The translations under genes were made by a program, and so were the position numbers. A stretch of 64,000 nt of DNA from Octopus bimaculoides (lineage: Eukaryota), in NCBI RefSeq assembly GCF_001194135.2, contig NC_068998.1, positions 24,529,963 to 24,593,962 of the forward strand. Direction: 5' to 3'. Of this stretch, positions 1 through 12,463 are shown piece after piece. Numbering within the stretch: position 1 is the first letter of the stretch; each line of letters starts with the position of its first letter. Under the pieces are notes generated by a model, which saw only the letters and a list, made by a program, of their open reading frames with translations, searched no databases and was not told where the DNA came from.

Positions 1-870
1 TATATATATTGTGTACGTCTTTGTGTTCATGTTTGTCCACCACCACTACTACTACCACCACCACCACCACTTTGCATCCCCATAATTTAGCAGTTCAGCA
101 AAAGTGACTAATAGAATAAGTACCAGACTTGAAAATAAGTCCTGGGATAAATTCATTTGACTAAACCCTCCAAGGCACGGCCCAAGCATCACTGAAACAA
201 GTAAGGGCTAAAAGCGATATCTGAAGAGGCTTCACACAGTTTCATTCATGAATTTTACTTATAAGGATTGTATCCGAAGCTTTAGCAGAATAGACATTTA
301 TCTAAGATGTAGCACGATCGCATAGAGGTAGAAAGAGGACCAACTTGTGCTTGGTGAACTCTTTAATTACAAAAATATAGTTATACTTAAGAAATATTAA
401 ATAGTCATCCAAAATACTGTCAAGTCAAGATTTCATGAAAATTCAGCCACTTTTTCTCTCTCTCAGAAGTATTCGTCGTTATAAATTGCAAATAACTAAA
501 AAATGAAACAGGAAAATTTCTCGACCAGCTATTAAAAGGTGAGTGGCAGATATAATCTTATGGCAGTTTAATACCAATCCTTGCCTTTTTGTAAATTATG
601 CCGAGTCGACACTGTTACAAGTATCTTGGCTGTCTATGAGCATTCAAAAAAGATCTTCACAGCTACTACAAACTCATTAACAAATTTTTATAAAAAAGAA
701 AAAGAAACAAACAAAAAGTATTTTATTTAGGGCTTACATCAATATCAGCTAGTATATTAAAATCTTCTAAATTAAAAAAAAAACCAGCTGAAAATACTTT
801 TTAGGCAAGTTTTAAATGAAATGATAAAGTCCTTCTTTTATTTTATTTACTTATTTTTTTTTTTTTTTAG

Positions 871-1002
871 AAACTAACAAAACAGAAAATGACCTTTGAT
901 AGTTCTGAAATAATAAGATATCATAAATGTAGACGGAACGTGACAAATACATATCATCAAAGAGGTGGAAATTTAGTAGATCCGAGATATATTGAAGTTA
1001 TG
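871..1002 (+). CDS. Candidate exon A of an unidentified gene (KLTKQKMTFDSSEIIRYHKCRRNVTNTYHQRGGNLVDPRYIEVM)
   Basis: Poly-T tract plus AG at 869-870, 132-nt open frame (phase 0-0), donor GTATGA at 1003. Confidence 0.5.
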
Positions 1003-1170
1003 GTATGATTTTATTTTTTATTTTTGTTATTTGAAGATTGAGTTTTAATTACCTTTGCCTTTTCATCAAAAATAAAATAAAATAAAGTGAAAGAAGAAAA
1101 AAAGAAAAAAATTATATATTTTTGTTCCTTAGATATTCTCAATTGATTTGCAATTGTTTTCTTCTTTCAG

Positions 1171-1192
1171 ATATCAAAGCTAAGCAATACAG
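1171..1192 (+). CDS. Candidate 22-nt micro-exon B (ISKLSNT + G)
   Basis: Acceptor ttttcttctttcag, donor CAG|GTATAG; phase 0 in and phase 1 out, compatible with exons A and C. Confidence 0.4.
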
Positions 1193-1415
1193 GTATAGCC
1201 TATTGTTTGTTCTGTAGAGGCGTGGTCAACTGATGGTAAAATATAGGCTGATCAGATGACACAGAATTAATGCTACAGCTTAGCTGCATTTGTTGCTGGA
1301 GTAAAGAAAATATCAAAGGCATACCTTGGAGCAAAGTAATTTACACTGATAAAAGTTGCACGTGACAAACATCATATATTAATTCACATGTCATTTAAAT
1401 ACACATTACTCTTGT

Positions 1416-1768
1416 GAAGGCACATGGCTTAGTAGTTAGGGTGTTGGGTTTACAATCATGAGGTTGTGAGTTTGATTCCTGGACCAGGCGGTATGTTGTA
1501 TTTTTGAGCAAGAAACTTTATTTCACATTGCTCCAGTTCACTCAGCTGTAGAAACGAGTTGTGGTATCATTGGTGCCAAGCTGTTTTGGCCTTTGCCTTT
1601 CCTTTGGATAACATCAGTGATGTGGAGAGAGGAGGCTGTTCTGAATGGGTGACTGCTGGTCTTCTACAAACAACCTTGCCTGGATTTGTACTTCAGAAGG
1701 GAACTTTCTTGGTGCAATCCCATGCTCATTCATGACCAAGAGGGCTTTTTACTCTTTACTCTTACTCC
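1416..1768 (+). mobile_element. SINE family C (tRNA head, central block cacattgctccagttcactcagctg)
   Basis: Copies at 11862-12203 and 22985-23222. Confidence 0.85.
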
Positions 1769-2220
1769 TGTAAACATGTCTTTTCTCTGTACATATCTAT
1801 CTACGTGTTTGTGCATGCATTCTTGTGAATGTACCTTTGATTTAGCAAACTATGAGATTTCCATTAATCGAAGTTTCACTGAGTCAGAAGGGTCACATGA
1901 TTATTTGAATGCCATAATACTGAGTAATGTGCAAATTATATTTTGCTAATGTTATCACTCAGTATTATTCAATGAGCTGTTTTTTGCATTTTAGTGCTAT
2001 AGATTTGAGTCAGTTAATACAAATATTTAACCCTTTTGCATTCAGATTATCCTGTCAAATTTAATACCCATTTATTCACATTGTTTTGAATTAATCATGA
2101 ATTATCTTGAAGCTGAAATTTGGTGACATGATTGTTCAGTTTTAGAATAACATTTACATTATTTACATTATTTACATTATTTACATTTGACGGATATTCG
2201 TCCTCATCTTGTTTGTTGTT

Positions 2221-2266
2221 AACACAACGTTTCCGCTGATATACCCTCCAGCCTTCATCAGGTGTC
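2221..2266 (-). ncRNA. Minimal type I hammerhead variant in the left arm of the palindrome, probably impaired
   Basis: Minus strand reads GACAC CTGATGA A GGCTG..CAGCG GAAA CGTT GTGTT; C11.1 changed to G at 2234 breaks the closing pair of stem II. Confidence 0.5.
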
Positions 2267-2483
2267 TTGGGGAAATTTCGAACCTGGGTTCTCATTCCTA
2301 TCGATGTTACTATTATTATTATTATTATTATATTATTATTATTACTATTCGGGCTACTAACCCCAAGGTTCCGAGTTCGATTCACGGCAGCGACCTGATT
2401 AATAATAGTAATAATAATAATATAATAATAATAATAATAGTAACATCGATAGGAATGAGAACCCAGGTTCGAAATTTCCCCAA

Positions 2484-2529
2484 GACACCTGACGAAGGCT
2501 GGAGGGTATATCAGCCGAAACGTTGTGTT
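2484..2529 (+). ncRNA. Minimal type I hammerhead variant in the right arm of a palindrome
   Basis: Stem I GACAC/GUGUU; CUGACGA plus an extra A; stem II GGCUG/CAGCC; GAAA; palindromic AACGUU replaces stem III (dimer type); GUU triplet. Confidence 0.6.
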
Positions 2530-2833
2530 AACAACAAACAAGATGAGGACGAATATCCGTCAAATGTAAATAATGTAAATAATGTAAATAATTCCTCATC
2601 TCTTAAATATAGAACTGTATTAGAATAACATTGTAGAGTAAGTGTAAGCAGCCAGATCTTGGCAGTTTAAACATAAGACAGGTAGAATATTTAGCCTGGA
2701 TGTGGTTGGTTTAAATGATAAAGGGTTAAACTCCATATCATGTATTGAGTGCTCCCTTCTTTCATTTGTATCCCTATTATGTGTGTGTGTGTGTGTCTTT
2801 CTCTCCCTCTCTCATGTATATATGTGTATGTGC

Positions 2834-2880
<47 letters not shown>

Positions 2881-2960
2881 NNNNNNNNNNNNNNNNNNNN
2901 NNNNNNNNNNNNNNNNNNNNNNNNNNNNNNNNNNNNNNNNNNNNNNNNNNNNNNNNNNNN

Positions 2961-3007
<47 letters not shown>

Positions 3008-3162
3008 TATAATCTCAACAGAGCATTATATACAATACACATATATATATATAAATGTATAAACATACATATATATGACCATATCACCATATATATATTT
3101 CGTTTTTGTATTTGTTTTTCATGATTTTTAATGTGAATTCGTGTGTTGAAGCATATCTTAAT

Positions 3163-3495
3163 GTGTCTGGGGAGAGTCATTCTGTTTTAATGCCTTACTA
3201 ATTAACACACTCACCGGTTTCATTTCCACTCATTTACTTACTTATGTTTTCTAAAACTTTCATTGCTTCTGGCAACTTCTTCAATAGTCATTGACTGTGT
3301 CTGTTATCGAAGCTCTGTTCTTCTTATTTTAAAAAGGATACAGCTCTGATAATGGACAGAGTCAATAACTATTGAAGAAGTTACAAGAAGCAACAAAAAT
3401 TTTAGCAAAAATAAGTAAATAAATGAATGTAAATTGAATCAGTGTGTGTGTTAATTAATGAGACATTAAAACAGAATGACTCTCCCCAGACACAA
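3163..3495. repeat. Inverted pair of a PLE-terminal-repeat-like family (arms about 3163-3308 and 3349-3494)
   Basis: About 145-bp arms, roughly 80% identical by eye; same family at 34558-34850. Confidence 0.7.
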
Positions 3496-3535
3496 TAATA
3501 TATTTATATATGTATATATATATATATAAATATAT

Positions 3536-5140
3536 ATGTATATACTAGAAGAAAATAATTTTAACCTTGATAGTAAAATTTATTGTCAAATAAAGGGCAC
3601 AGCTATGGGAGTGAAATTGGAACCCTCTTATGTTAACCTGGTTATGTGTTTCTTAAAAGAAAACCTATATGGGGAAGCAGAGAAAACCTTTGACCAAAAT
3701 TTCAAGAAATATGTTGCTGCAAAGTGGAAATGCTTCCTTGATGACTGTTTCTCTTTTTGGGAGAATTCAAATGATCTACAAATGAAAGAGAAGTGGCTCT
3801 TTGTCTATCTCTCACAACATCTATTAGAGGAGGAAGAAGGGGAGGAATCAAAGTATACATCACTATGTATTTTAGAAGAATGAGAAGAGAAAAAGTCGTT
3901 GTTGAAAAAGAAGTATAGTGTGTGTGTGAAAGGATAGATAAATAGATAGATAGGTAGGTAGGTAGGTAGTGTTGTCACCATAGTAACTAAGAAGGTTTGA
4001 TTAGAAACGCAGGTATTTTAAGTGTGAGTATGTCAACGCAACCCAACACAGCTTCAAAGAAGAAACTTTCACTGTATAACAATTTTGTGTCTGTATGTCT
4101 TTCAATATAGAGACAATGCAACACATACTTTGAAAAAAGTCTTTCACTATAACGACAGGGTATTGTTGTGAGAGAAATTCAGTGAGAGGGAGAGTGTGTA
4201 TGCATGAAAGATAGATAGATTGATAGATAGATAGATAGATTGTTGTTACCATAGTAATTTACAAACCTCTCACTATATCACAGGCTACCATTTAAAGAAG
4301 ATGCAAGCATGATTAACAAGTATTTTTACTGACAGTCTAGCGACAGATAAAGACCTAGTATTCAAAAATATTTGAAACACTCTTCACCTTTCATGTTCAT
4401 GATGGAATCTAATCATAATGACTCACCATTCTAGACATTCACATAAAAATACTCCACACCAGATTCACAATGCATATATTTCGAAAAAAAAAACAGACGT
4501 GCATTAATACTTGAATTTCTACTCATGCCATCCTTCACACATCAAAGGAACATTCCATTCGTTATGGCAAAACTTATCCGTGCAATAGTAGTTGATCTGA
4601 AAATACATCAAATCCATCTCAACAAACTCAAGGACTTCATAGGAAGGAGAAATATCTCCTAAAATTAATAAATGATGGAATTAGAAAGGCAATGAATTAG
4701 AGAGGCACCCTACAGATGAGGACACCAAAGAAAAAACATTGAAGAAAATGCAATTCCATTTATCAATACACACAATCCAGGAGCAACCAACATTTTCCAT
4801 ACAATAAAAACAAACCTACCAATCTCCTACAAAGTCCCAAATGAAAAGTCTGTTTGATGAAAGCCTCTCATTAAACAGTAAACATCAACCAAAAAATCTT
4901 AAAAGACATCTCACAAGATAAAAATCCACATCTGAGAATAATTCAGAATTCTCCTTGAAGGACTGTGGTGATAACAGGCGTGGAACATGTAACAACAACA
5001 ATAACTTTAAATGTTTGGACAGTGATTCCCATATGAAATTTAGAAGTGGATTCTCCTTAAAAATAAATGCAATTATGAACTCTCTCATATACTGCATAAC
5101 CTGCCCTAATTGCAAGGAAAATTATTTTAACCAAACCAAC
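3536..5140 (+). mobile_element. Decayed Penelope-like retroelement (RT and GIY-YIG), interrupted by a microsatellite-rich segment at about 3800-4260
   Basis: CQIKGTAMG..PSYVNLVM and WKCFLDDCF (PLE RT motifs); CGDNRRGTC...NSLIYCITCPNCKENY (GIY-YIG and linker); stops and frameshifts. Confidence 0.85.
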
Positions 5141-6380
5141 AATTCCACTTGTCTTTTTTCTTTCTCTCTTTCTCTTTTTCCTTTTCCTTTCATTCCTTTT
5201 CTATTTCTTTCTAGTCTTTCTTCCTGTCTTTCTTTCTTGCTCTCTTTCTTTTTTTTTTTACCTTTCTACTCCTCTTCTTTTACTTTCTTCCTCTGACCAA
5301 GACCTCAGAAATTCACTACACCCATGTACCTTAACATACATATGCATACACAGAGAGAAAAAGAGATAGATGCCTTCAGAATAACAAAATTGACATCTCA
5401 AAACATAATTAACTTCAAACACCTGTGAAAAATGACCATAAAAATATAATAGAAGCCATCTCTGAAAAAAGAAGCAGGACCCACTCGCTCTCTCCCTCTC
5501 TGTCTCCTTTCTCTCTTTCTCCTTTCTCTCCCCCTCTTTTTGTATATATGTATATATATATATATATATATATCTCTTTCTTTCTTTTTCTTCCCCTCTT
5601 TTCTTGTTTCTACTTTCCAGTTTTTCTTTCTATCTTTCTTTCCTCCTTTCCTCTTGTTCTTTCTCTCTCTAGCTGAACTTCCAGGGGTCTACCACACATA
5701 CATGCTTGTACACATACATATGTGCACACATATGTATANNNNNNNNNNNNNNNNNNNNNNNNNNNNNNNNNNNNNNNNNNNNNNNNNNNNNNNNNNNNNN
5801 NNNNNNNNNNNNNNNNNNNNNNNNNNNNNNNNNNNNNNNNNNNNNNNNNNNNNNNNNNNNNNNNNNNNNNNNNNNNNNNNNNNNNNNNNNNNNNNNNNNN
5901 NNNNNNNNNNNNNNNNNNNNNNNNNNNNNNNNNNNNNNNNNNNNNNNNNNNNNNNNNNNNNNNNNNNNNNNNNNNNNNNNNNNNNNNNNNNNNNNNNNNN
6001 NNNNNNNNNNNNNNNNNNNNNNNNNNNNNNNNNNNNNNNNNNNNNNNNNNNNNNNNNNNNNNNNNNNNNNNNNNNNNNNNNNNNNNNNNNNNNNNNNNNN
6101 NNNNNNNNNNNNNNNNNNNNNNNNNNNNNNNNNNNNNNNNNNNNNNNNNNNNNNNNNNNNNNNNNNNNNNNNNNNNNNNNNNNNNNNNNNNNNNNNNNNN
6201 NNNNNNNNNNNNNNNNNNNNNNNNNNNNNNNNNNNNNNNNNNNNNNNNNNNNNNNNNNNNNNNNNNNNNATATATACATATGTATATACATGTGTACATA
6301 AATACTTATATATATTTCTATATAAATGCATATGCGAATAGACACGTGCATATACACACACATACACACACACAAACACA

Positions 6381-6422
<42 letters not shown>

Positions 6423-6791
6423 TGATGCATCATCAGCTATTTGAGAACAAAATCTGAATTTGAGGGAAACAAAAATATTCATTCAAATAGCAAATGTATT
6501 TTTATAGAATTTGGTACACATATTCTTACACATGCATAGCAAAAGGCTATCTAATAAAACTGCTATCAGCCTAGAATTTTACTCAAGATGGCTTATGATA
6601 TGACTAAATGCATTGCTCAGGTAAACTTTATTTCATGGCTTAGTTTAACTGAGTGTCAATATATTGGCATGATGTTAGGGCATATGATGTCCCATAATAA
6701 AACCAACTCCAAAATCGTTTAAATATTTATTTTTACAGAAATATATTAATATCTACATAATCACACAGGTCTTGCTATGGGTGAACTGTGG

Positions 6792-7158
6792 ATTTTGTTG
6801 TGTTGTTGGCACTCCGTCATTTACGACGTTGAGGGTTCCAGTTGACCCGATCAACGGAACAGCCTGCTCGTGAAATTAACGTGCAAGTGGCTGAGCACTC
6901 CACAGACACGTGTACACTTAACGTAGTTCTCGAGAATATTCAGCATGACACAGTGTGACAAGGCTGACAGGAAGTAAGAGTGAGAGAAAGTTGTGGTGAA
7001 AGAGTACAGCAGGGTTCGCCACCATCCCCTGCCAGAGCCTCGTGGAGCTTTAGATGTTTTCGCTCAATAAACACTCACAACGCCCGGTCTGGGAATCGAA
7101 ACCACGATCCTATGACCGCGAGTTCACTGCCCTAACCACTGGGCCATTGCGCCTCCAC
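6792..7158 (-). mobile_element. tRNA-derived SINE (family B), full length, 11-bp TSD
   Basis: GTGAACTGTGG at 6781-6791 and 7159-7169; closely similar to 51698-52084. Confidence 0.9.
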
Positions 7159-7646
7159 GTGAACTGTGGTATGCTAGAGGCCAACGTAGTTCATGCTTTT
7201 ATTAATAGCAGGAAAGAATGGCTTCGTGTGAGAGGTAAGAAAATACTCTGTTCTTCATAGTCAATGATTCCTGCAGCCTGGGATTGAGCCACAATTAAAG
7301 AAACTTGTCAGCTTAAATGGCTTTACTACCTGTGTCCACCTGTGTGTGGATTGCTTTGCTTCTCTTTGGCTCTGTTTCTCTGCCTCTCTACTGAGCTTGA
7401 CCAGGTTGTTGCTTATCTGACTCCATTTTTATGTGGGAACCTCAAGAACATGATAGAACTTTCTGTAATATGAGGTGATACTTCTGCAAACTAAGGTGGC
7501 AAGCTGGTAGAGGTTTTAGCATGCTGGACAAGATGCTCAGCAACATTTTGTCTTTCTTTCCTTTCTGAGTTCCAGTTCCACCAAGGTTGACTTCACCTTT
7601 TATCCTTTCAGGCTTGATGAAATAAGTACCAGTTGGCAGAATAGCA

Positions 7647-7886
7647 GGTGGTGAGCTGGCAGGAAAGTTAGCACGCCGAGCGAAATGCTTAGCAGTATTT
7701 CGTCTGCCGTTACATTCTGAGTTCAGATTCCGCCGAGGTCGACTTTGCCTTTCATCCTTTTGGGGTCGATAAATTAAGTACCAGTTACGCAATGGGGTCG
7801 ATGTAATCGACTTAATCCCTTTGTCTGTCCTTGTTTGTCCCCTCTATGTGTAGCTCCTTATGGGCAATAAAAAAAAAGAAGAAATA
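7647..7886 (+). mobile_element. SINE family D nested in a family E SINE (about 7490-7990)
   Basis: Block gtcgactttgcctttcatccttt..gtcgataaattaagtacc; GAAATAAGTACCAGTTG repeated at 7619-7635 and 7881-7897. Confidence 0.8.
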
Positions 7887-8774
7887 AGTACCAGTTGAGC
7901 ACTGTGGTTGATGTAATTGACTATCCCCGTCTCCAAGGATTTCAGGCTTTGTGCCTATTGCAGAAAGGATATTCCTGCAAGCTTATTGGTTGATATTCAG
8001 AGCACATCATCTGATCTAAGTGTGGTCTGATACTACTTACTAAAGCTGTAAAGCTTTGATTCTAGGCTCTGTTGCATTGTTCTCTCTTTTGTGAGTTTGG
8101 GAGTAAAAGCAAATATTAATAACCTAATTGTCGCAAAAACCAGTTAACAATATGACCACATAGCAAATAATTGACAAGCAACTTAGAAAAAGAATGCAAA
8201 TGAAAATGTAAATTATTGACAGTGAAAGAAGTAAAATATTGTTCATATCTAAAGTCCCTGTGTGCAAAAGTGTGTTGATAAACAAAACATATGTAATAAA
8301 AGAGAAAAGAAAAACTTTCTGTATGCATTACTTAAAGAATAGTGTGGTGTATGTATTTCGTTTGTGTTGAGGGAAACTAAGACACCAAATGTACCAAGCC
8401 ATTGAAACTTATGTTTATAATTGACATGACAAAAGCGAGATCCTATAGAAGAAAGTAGCTGGTTAGAAACAAGGCACAGAAAAACATTGTTAGTATATCT
8501 TCTGTGTGAGAGTGCTAAGAAAACATGGGAAATGTGTAATTAGATGTACATGCATGTTATTACATTAACAAGAAAAATGCAACAAAATAGTGATGTAGAT
8601 GCATAGATGGTGTATGAATTGACCAGAAGTATAGAACACCATTACAATATACAAGTATGCAACTATCTGCAAATGAGTTCTGCAGAAAATATGCTTTAAC
8701 TTGAATGTGTCTGTTGCAAGGATATAACTACACTTGTAAATCGCTGGCTGGAACAAATTTTTTGCTTTTGATCA

Positions 8775-8935
8775 GGCGTAGGAGTGGCTGTGTGGTAAGT
8801 AGCTTGCTTACAAACCACATGGTTCCGGGTTCAGTCCCACTACGCGGCACCTTGGGCAAGTGTCTTGTACTATAGCCTCGGGCCAACCAAAACCTTGTGA
8901 GTGGATTTGGTAGACGGAAACTGAAAGAAGCTCAC

Positions 8936-8992
<57 letters not shown>

Positions 8993-9206
8993 GTGTGTAT
9001 ATGTTTGTGTGTCTGTGTTTGTCCCCCCAACATCATTTGACACCCGATGCTGGTGTGTTTACATTCCCGTAACTTAGCGATTCAGCAAAAGAGACCAATA
9101 GAATAAGTACTAGGCTTACAAAGAATAAGTCTTAGGATCGATTTGCTCGACTAAAGGTGATACTCCAGCATGGTCACAGTCAAATGACTAAAACAAGTAA
9201 AAGAAT
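8775..9206 (+). mobile_element. SINE family A (tRNA-like head, internal (TA)n/(TG)n), full length
   Basis: Head ggcgtaggagtggctgtgtggtaag, tail gtcaaatgactaaaacaagtaaaag; many copies in the window. Confidence 0.9.
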
Positions 9207-9289
9207 AACAAAATGGAATGCATTATAAAAAACATACTAAAAGGGAGTTCTTGAAAGGCTCTTTTGCAAAGTTTATGTGTGAAACAATT

Positions 9290-9615
9290 GTTGATGTCCG
9301 CATTGAGTTGATAAAATCAGTGGTTGCCAATATGATTTGCACTGACTAGTATTTTTAATATCATAGTCTCCAGTGTAAATGCTTGTTCTGTTGTCAGCAA
9401 AGTGAAAGCTGTGTAGTTATGTGTCTGTGTCATCAAAGTAGAACATTCCTCTGTCTTTGAAAGTCGTCACTGTTTATAGCTTGTTTGAATGTTGGGTTAT
9501 CATTGTTTGGTGAGGATAGATGAAACATCCAGGTTACCCAAGTTGCCATTGTAGAGTTGGTTTGTAAAAGCTGAATTTTGTGGGTCACCAATGAAGAGAG
9601 ATGTTGAATGGGTGT
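9290..9615 (-). mobile_element. Possible piggyBac transposase remnant
   Basis: NDNPTFKQAINSDDFQR and, after a frameshift, LHSFHFADN resemble the MSRxRF..LHFADN motif. Confidence 0.4.
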
Positions 9616-10079
9616 CAATATATTGGTATGATGTTAGGTTGTGAGATGTCCCATAATAAAACCAACTCTAAGGTTGTTTAAATAACATTTTTTCTTACAG
9701 GAATATATCAGTACTTAGATAATTACATTGTGGCTTGCCATGGGTGTATTGTGGTATCCTCAGTGCAAATGTAGTTCTTAGTTACATTAATAGAAGAAAA
9801 GAATGGTTTTATGTGAAAGGCAGGAAAAATATTCTGCTCTTGATAGCTGATAATTCCTTTAACCTGGGGTTGAGCTGTCACCAAGGAAATTTGTCTACTT
9901 AAAAGGCTTGTTTGTCTGTCCACTTGTGTTTCTCTAACTCTTTGCTTCTCTGTATCTCTGCTATGCTTGTCTGTGTTGCTGCTTATATAATCTCTTTTTA
10001 TGTATATATATATATAATCTCTTTTTATTATCTCATTTTAAGTCAGTACTAGAAGAAAACTACCATCTTTGGCTTCAAG

Positions 10080-10475
10080 ATGAAAGGCATTCTTCCATTA
10101 GGATAATGCTCAGTCACATACGACGAGGATGACATTCTAGGGGCTGGAGCAGTTTGAAAGGTAAATGATGCCCCACCCACCATACTTTCCGGACATTGCC
10201 CCATCTGATACTCATTTATTCTACAGTCTTCAAAATCATTTGGATGGAAAAATCATGAATTCTACAGACGAAGTCAGAACAGTACTGTTGGAGTATTTTT
10301 CCTCACGGACAAGTGAATTTTGGAAGAGGGGCCTTGCAAGTCTACCAGATGGATGGAAGAGCATTGAAGAAAATGAAGGAGAGTATATTTTAGATTAAAA
10401 AGAACTTTGTTTATCTTGCTTTTGAAAAATACAAGAAGTATAAAAAAACTGTGTTAATTATGGGATGTCGCAATA
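10080..10475 (+). mobile_element. mariner transposase 3' fragment with terminal sequence
   Basis: *DNAQSH (HDNARPH-like) then PHPPYFPDIAPSDTHLF...GLASLPDGWKSIEENEGEYILD. Confidence 0.9.
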
Positions 10476-10510
10476 TCGTTACACCGAATTTCTCTTCCTT
10501 TGCTTATTCT

Positions 10511-10738
10511 TTAATCCTTTAGTATTCAGATTATCTTGTTTAATATAATACTTATTAATTCATATTGTTTTGGATTAATCAAGCATTATCTTGTTGCTTT
10601 GAAATTTTGATGTTGTGACTGTTGATTTTTAGAATGACATTATAGGAAAGGTGGGAGAGGCCAGATTTGGCCAGTTTGAGCATAAAATATGTGGAATAAT
10701 TTGGCTGAATATGGCCAGTTTAAACACTAAGTGGTTAA
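10511..10738. mobile_element. piggyBac-like MITE copy (empty site)
   Basis: Colinear with 2027-2154 joined to 2633-2729; TTAA ends. Confidence 0.7.
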
Positions 10739-10949
10739 GGTGATTTTTATGCATATACTTACAAAATATTTGGTATTTCCTGGAAGAAATTTATCTACAG
10801 GGGGCCATTTTTTTAAAGAACATCATATTAATTCTGCATAAATTTACTTTGTTTGAAATGCAGTGCTTTGTAACTGAGATACACAGATAATTTATTTGCA
10901 TTTCAAATAACCTACAGTTGAATGACTGTCTTGGTTGCAGTGATTGAAT

Positions 10950-11340
10950 CTGAAGGCAGCATTGCTAGTGTTGTCTTGCTGCTGTTTCTCCATCAATTTT
11001 GCTTTTCTTCATCAGCAATCATTAACCCCTTTTTCATCTTGTTGAACTATTGTCTAGTTTCAGTTCCAGTGGAAGTGATTACTAGCAATGTCCCCCCTCC
11101 TTTCAATGTTCGCATAAGGAGATTTCATTCTTCTCTTTCTGGCACGAAAACACAAGATTTCATTCTTGCTGAAGCGAAAATGAAATCTTGTGTTTGTCTG
11201 CCAGAAACCAGTTCTCAATATAGCATGTCTTTCAGAATCCAACCATCTGACAAGTAGTGTATGTGGCCCAGCCATTGTATGTGTCATTGCAGTAGGATGA
11301 AAAGACTGAGTGAATCTGTGCACAAGCCAGGGCCTCATTG
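10950..11340 (-). mobile_element. Possible LINE endonuclease remnant
   Basis: ILRTGFWQTNTRF resembles the RTE/APE 'ITNTxF' motif; otherwise heavily decayed. Confidence 0.3.
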
Positions 11341-11603
11341 TTAGTGACTCAGATTGTTCAGGGTACGTCTCAGGCTATGCAATGGATGGTGCTGAAATGT
11401 TGATTTTGTCTATAGTGTACATGCTTTAGGCCTTGCTGATTTAACCCTTTGCCTGTCCACATCATTTTCATAAAATTGCCCAGATGTCTGTGCTTGTTTT
11501 CAGACTTTTAGTAGGCCCTTGTTTCTAACGTTCTGTGTAGTATAAAGCTTTCCTGCCAGAAGTTCCAAGTTACACAGATGTGTGAAAAGAATTAGAAATG
11601 TGT

Positions 11604-11836
11604 TATTTCTTTACTACCCACAAGAGGCTACACACAGAGGGGAGAAACAAGGGCAGATCAATGAATTAAGTTGATAATATCGACCCCAGTGTGTAACTGG
11701 TACTTATTTAATCGATTCCGAAAGGATGAAAGGCAAAGTCGACCTTGGCGGGATTTGAACACAGAACGTAGCGGCAGACGATATACTGCTAAGCATTTCA
11801 GCCGGCATGCTAACATTTCTGCCAGCTTGCTGCCTT
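11604..11836 (-). mobile_element. SINE family D, 13-bp TSD
   Basis: Reverse complement of 7647-7886; ATTAGAAATGTGT at 11591-11603 and 11837-11849. Confidence 0.88.
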
Positions 11837-11861
11837 ATTAGAAATGTGTGTAATATATGAT

Positions 11862-12203
11862 GTATGGTTCAGTAGTAAGAGCATTCGGCTCACAATCATG
11901 AGGTAGTGAATTCGAATCCCAGATAGGGTTTTGTGTTGCGTTCTTAAGCAAGATATGATTTTACATTGCTCCAGTTCACTCAGCTGTAGAAATGAGCAAT
12001 GATGTCATGGTGACAAGCTGTATCGGCCTTTGCTTTTACCTTGGATAACATCAGTGGCATAGAGAGGGGAGGCTGGTATGCATGAGTGACTACTTGTCTT
12101 CCATAAAAACAACCATGCCTGGACTTGTGCCTCGGAGAGGAACTTTGTAGGAGTAATCCTATGGTCATTCATGACCAAAGGAGGTTTTTACCATTTATCT
12201 TTT
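11862..12203 (+). mobile_element. SINE family C
   Basis: Colinear with 1416-1768. Confidence 0.85.
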
Positions 12204-12463
12204 TATCGACACCAGGAAAATACATGGTGTTCATCACATATGATACACAGGATAGGCAAAGCAACGTACTGAGGATGCAGGCTCTTAATACAATAGCCAT
12301 TTTGTAAAATATTAGCTTACATCTCTCCTACACTTTCATTGTCAGCCTAGCTAGTATGAAACTGCTTGTCTAATATATCTATTGATCTCAGACATCAGAA
12401 AGGCATAGAAACCATGGAAAATCTATCAAGACATCTGTATTGTAATGTATTACTTATAATAAT

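Larger units (their letters stand above)
2155..2619. mobile_element. Palindromic, HHR-bearing, PLE-like insertion with a 13-bp TSD
   Basis: Inverted arms about 2155-2349 and 2404-2592; 54-nt spacer with tRNA B-box-like GTTCGATTC; TTAGAATAACATT duplicated at 2142-2154 and 2620-2632. Confidence 0.8.
2027..2729. mobile_element. piggyBac-like MITE (TTAACCCTT...AAGGGTTAA) interrupted by the palindromic insertion
   Basis: TTAA termini with CCCTT/AAGGG TIRs; uninterrupted copies at 10511-10738 and 16665-16883. Confidence 0.75.

Noticed and set aside
2095-2628. Mirror-image 148-aa and 139-aa ORFs
   Set aside because: By-product of the palindrome; the poly-Y/I runs come from (TAT)n and there is no protein-like content
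5540-6444. Long ORFs through N-gaps (also 30680-31955, 39421-39965, 55447-56498)
   Set aside because: Open only because N codons and (TA)/(CA) repeats lack stops
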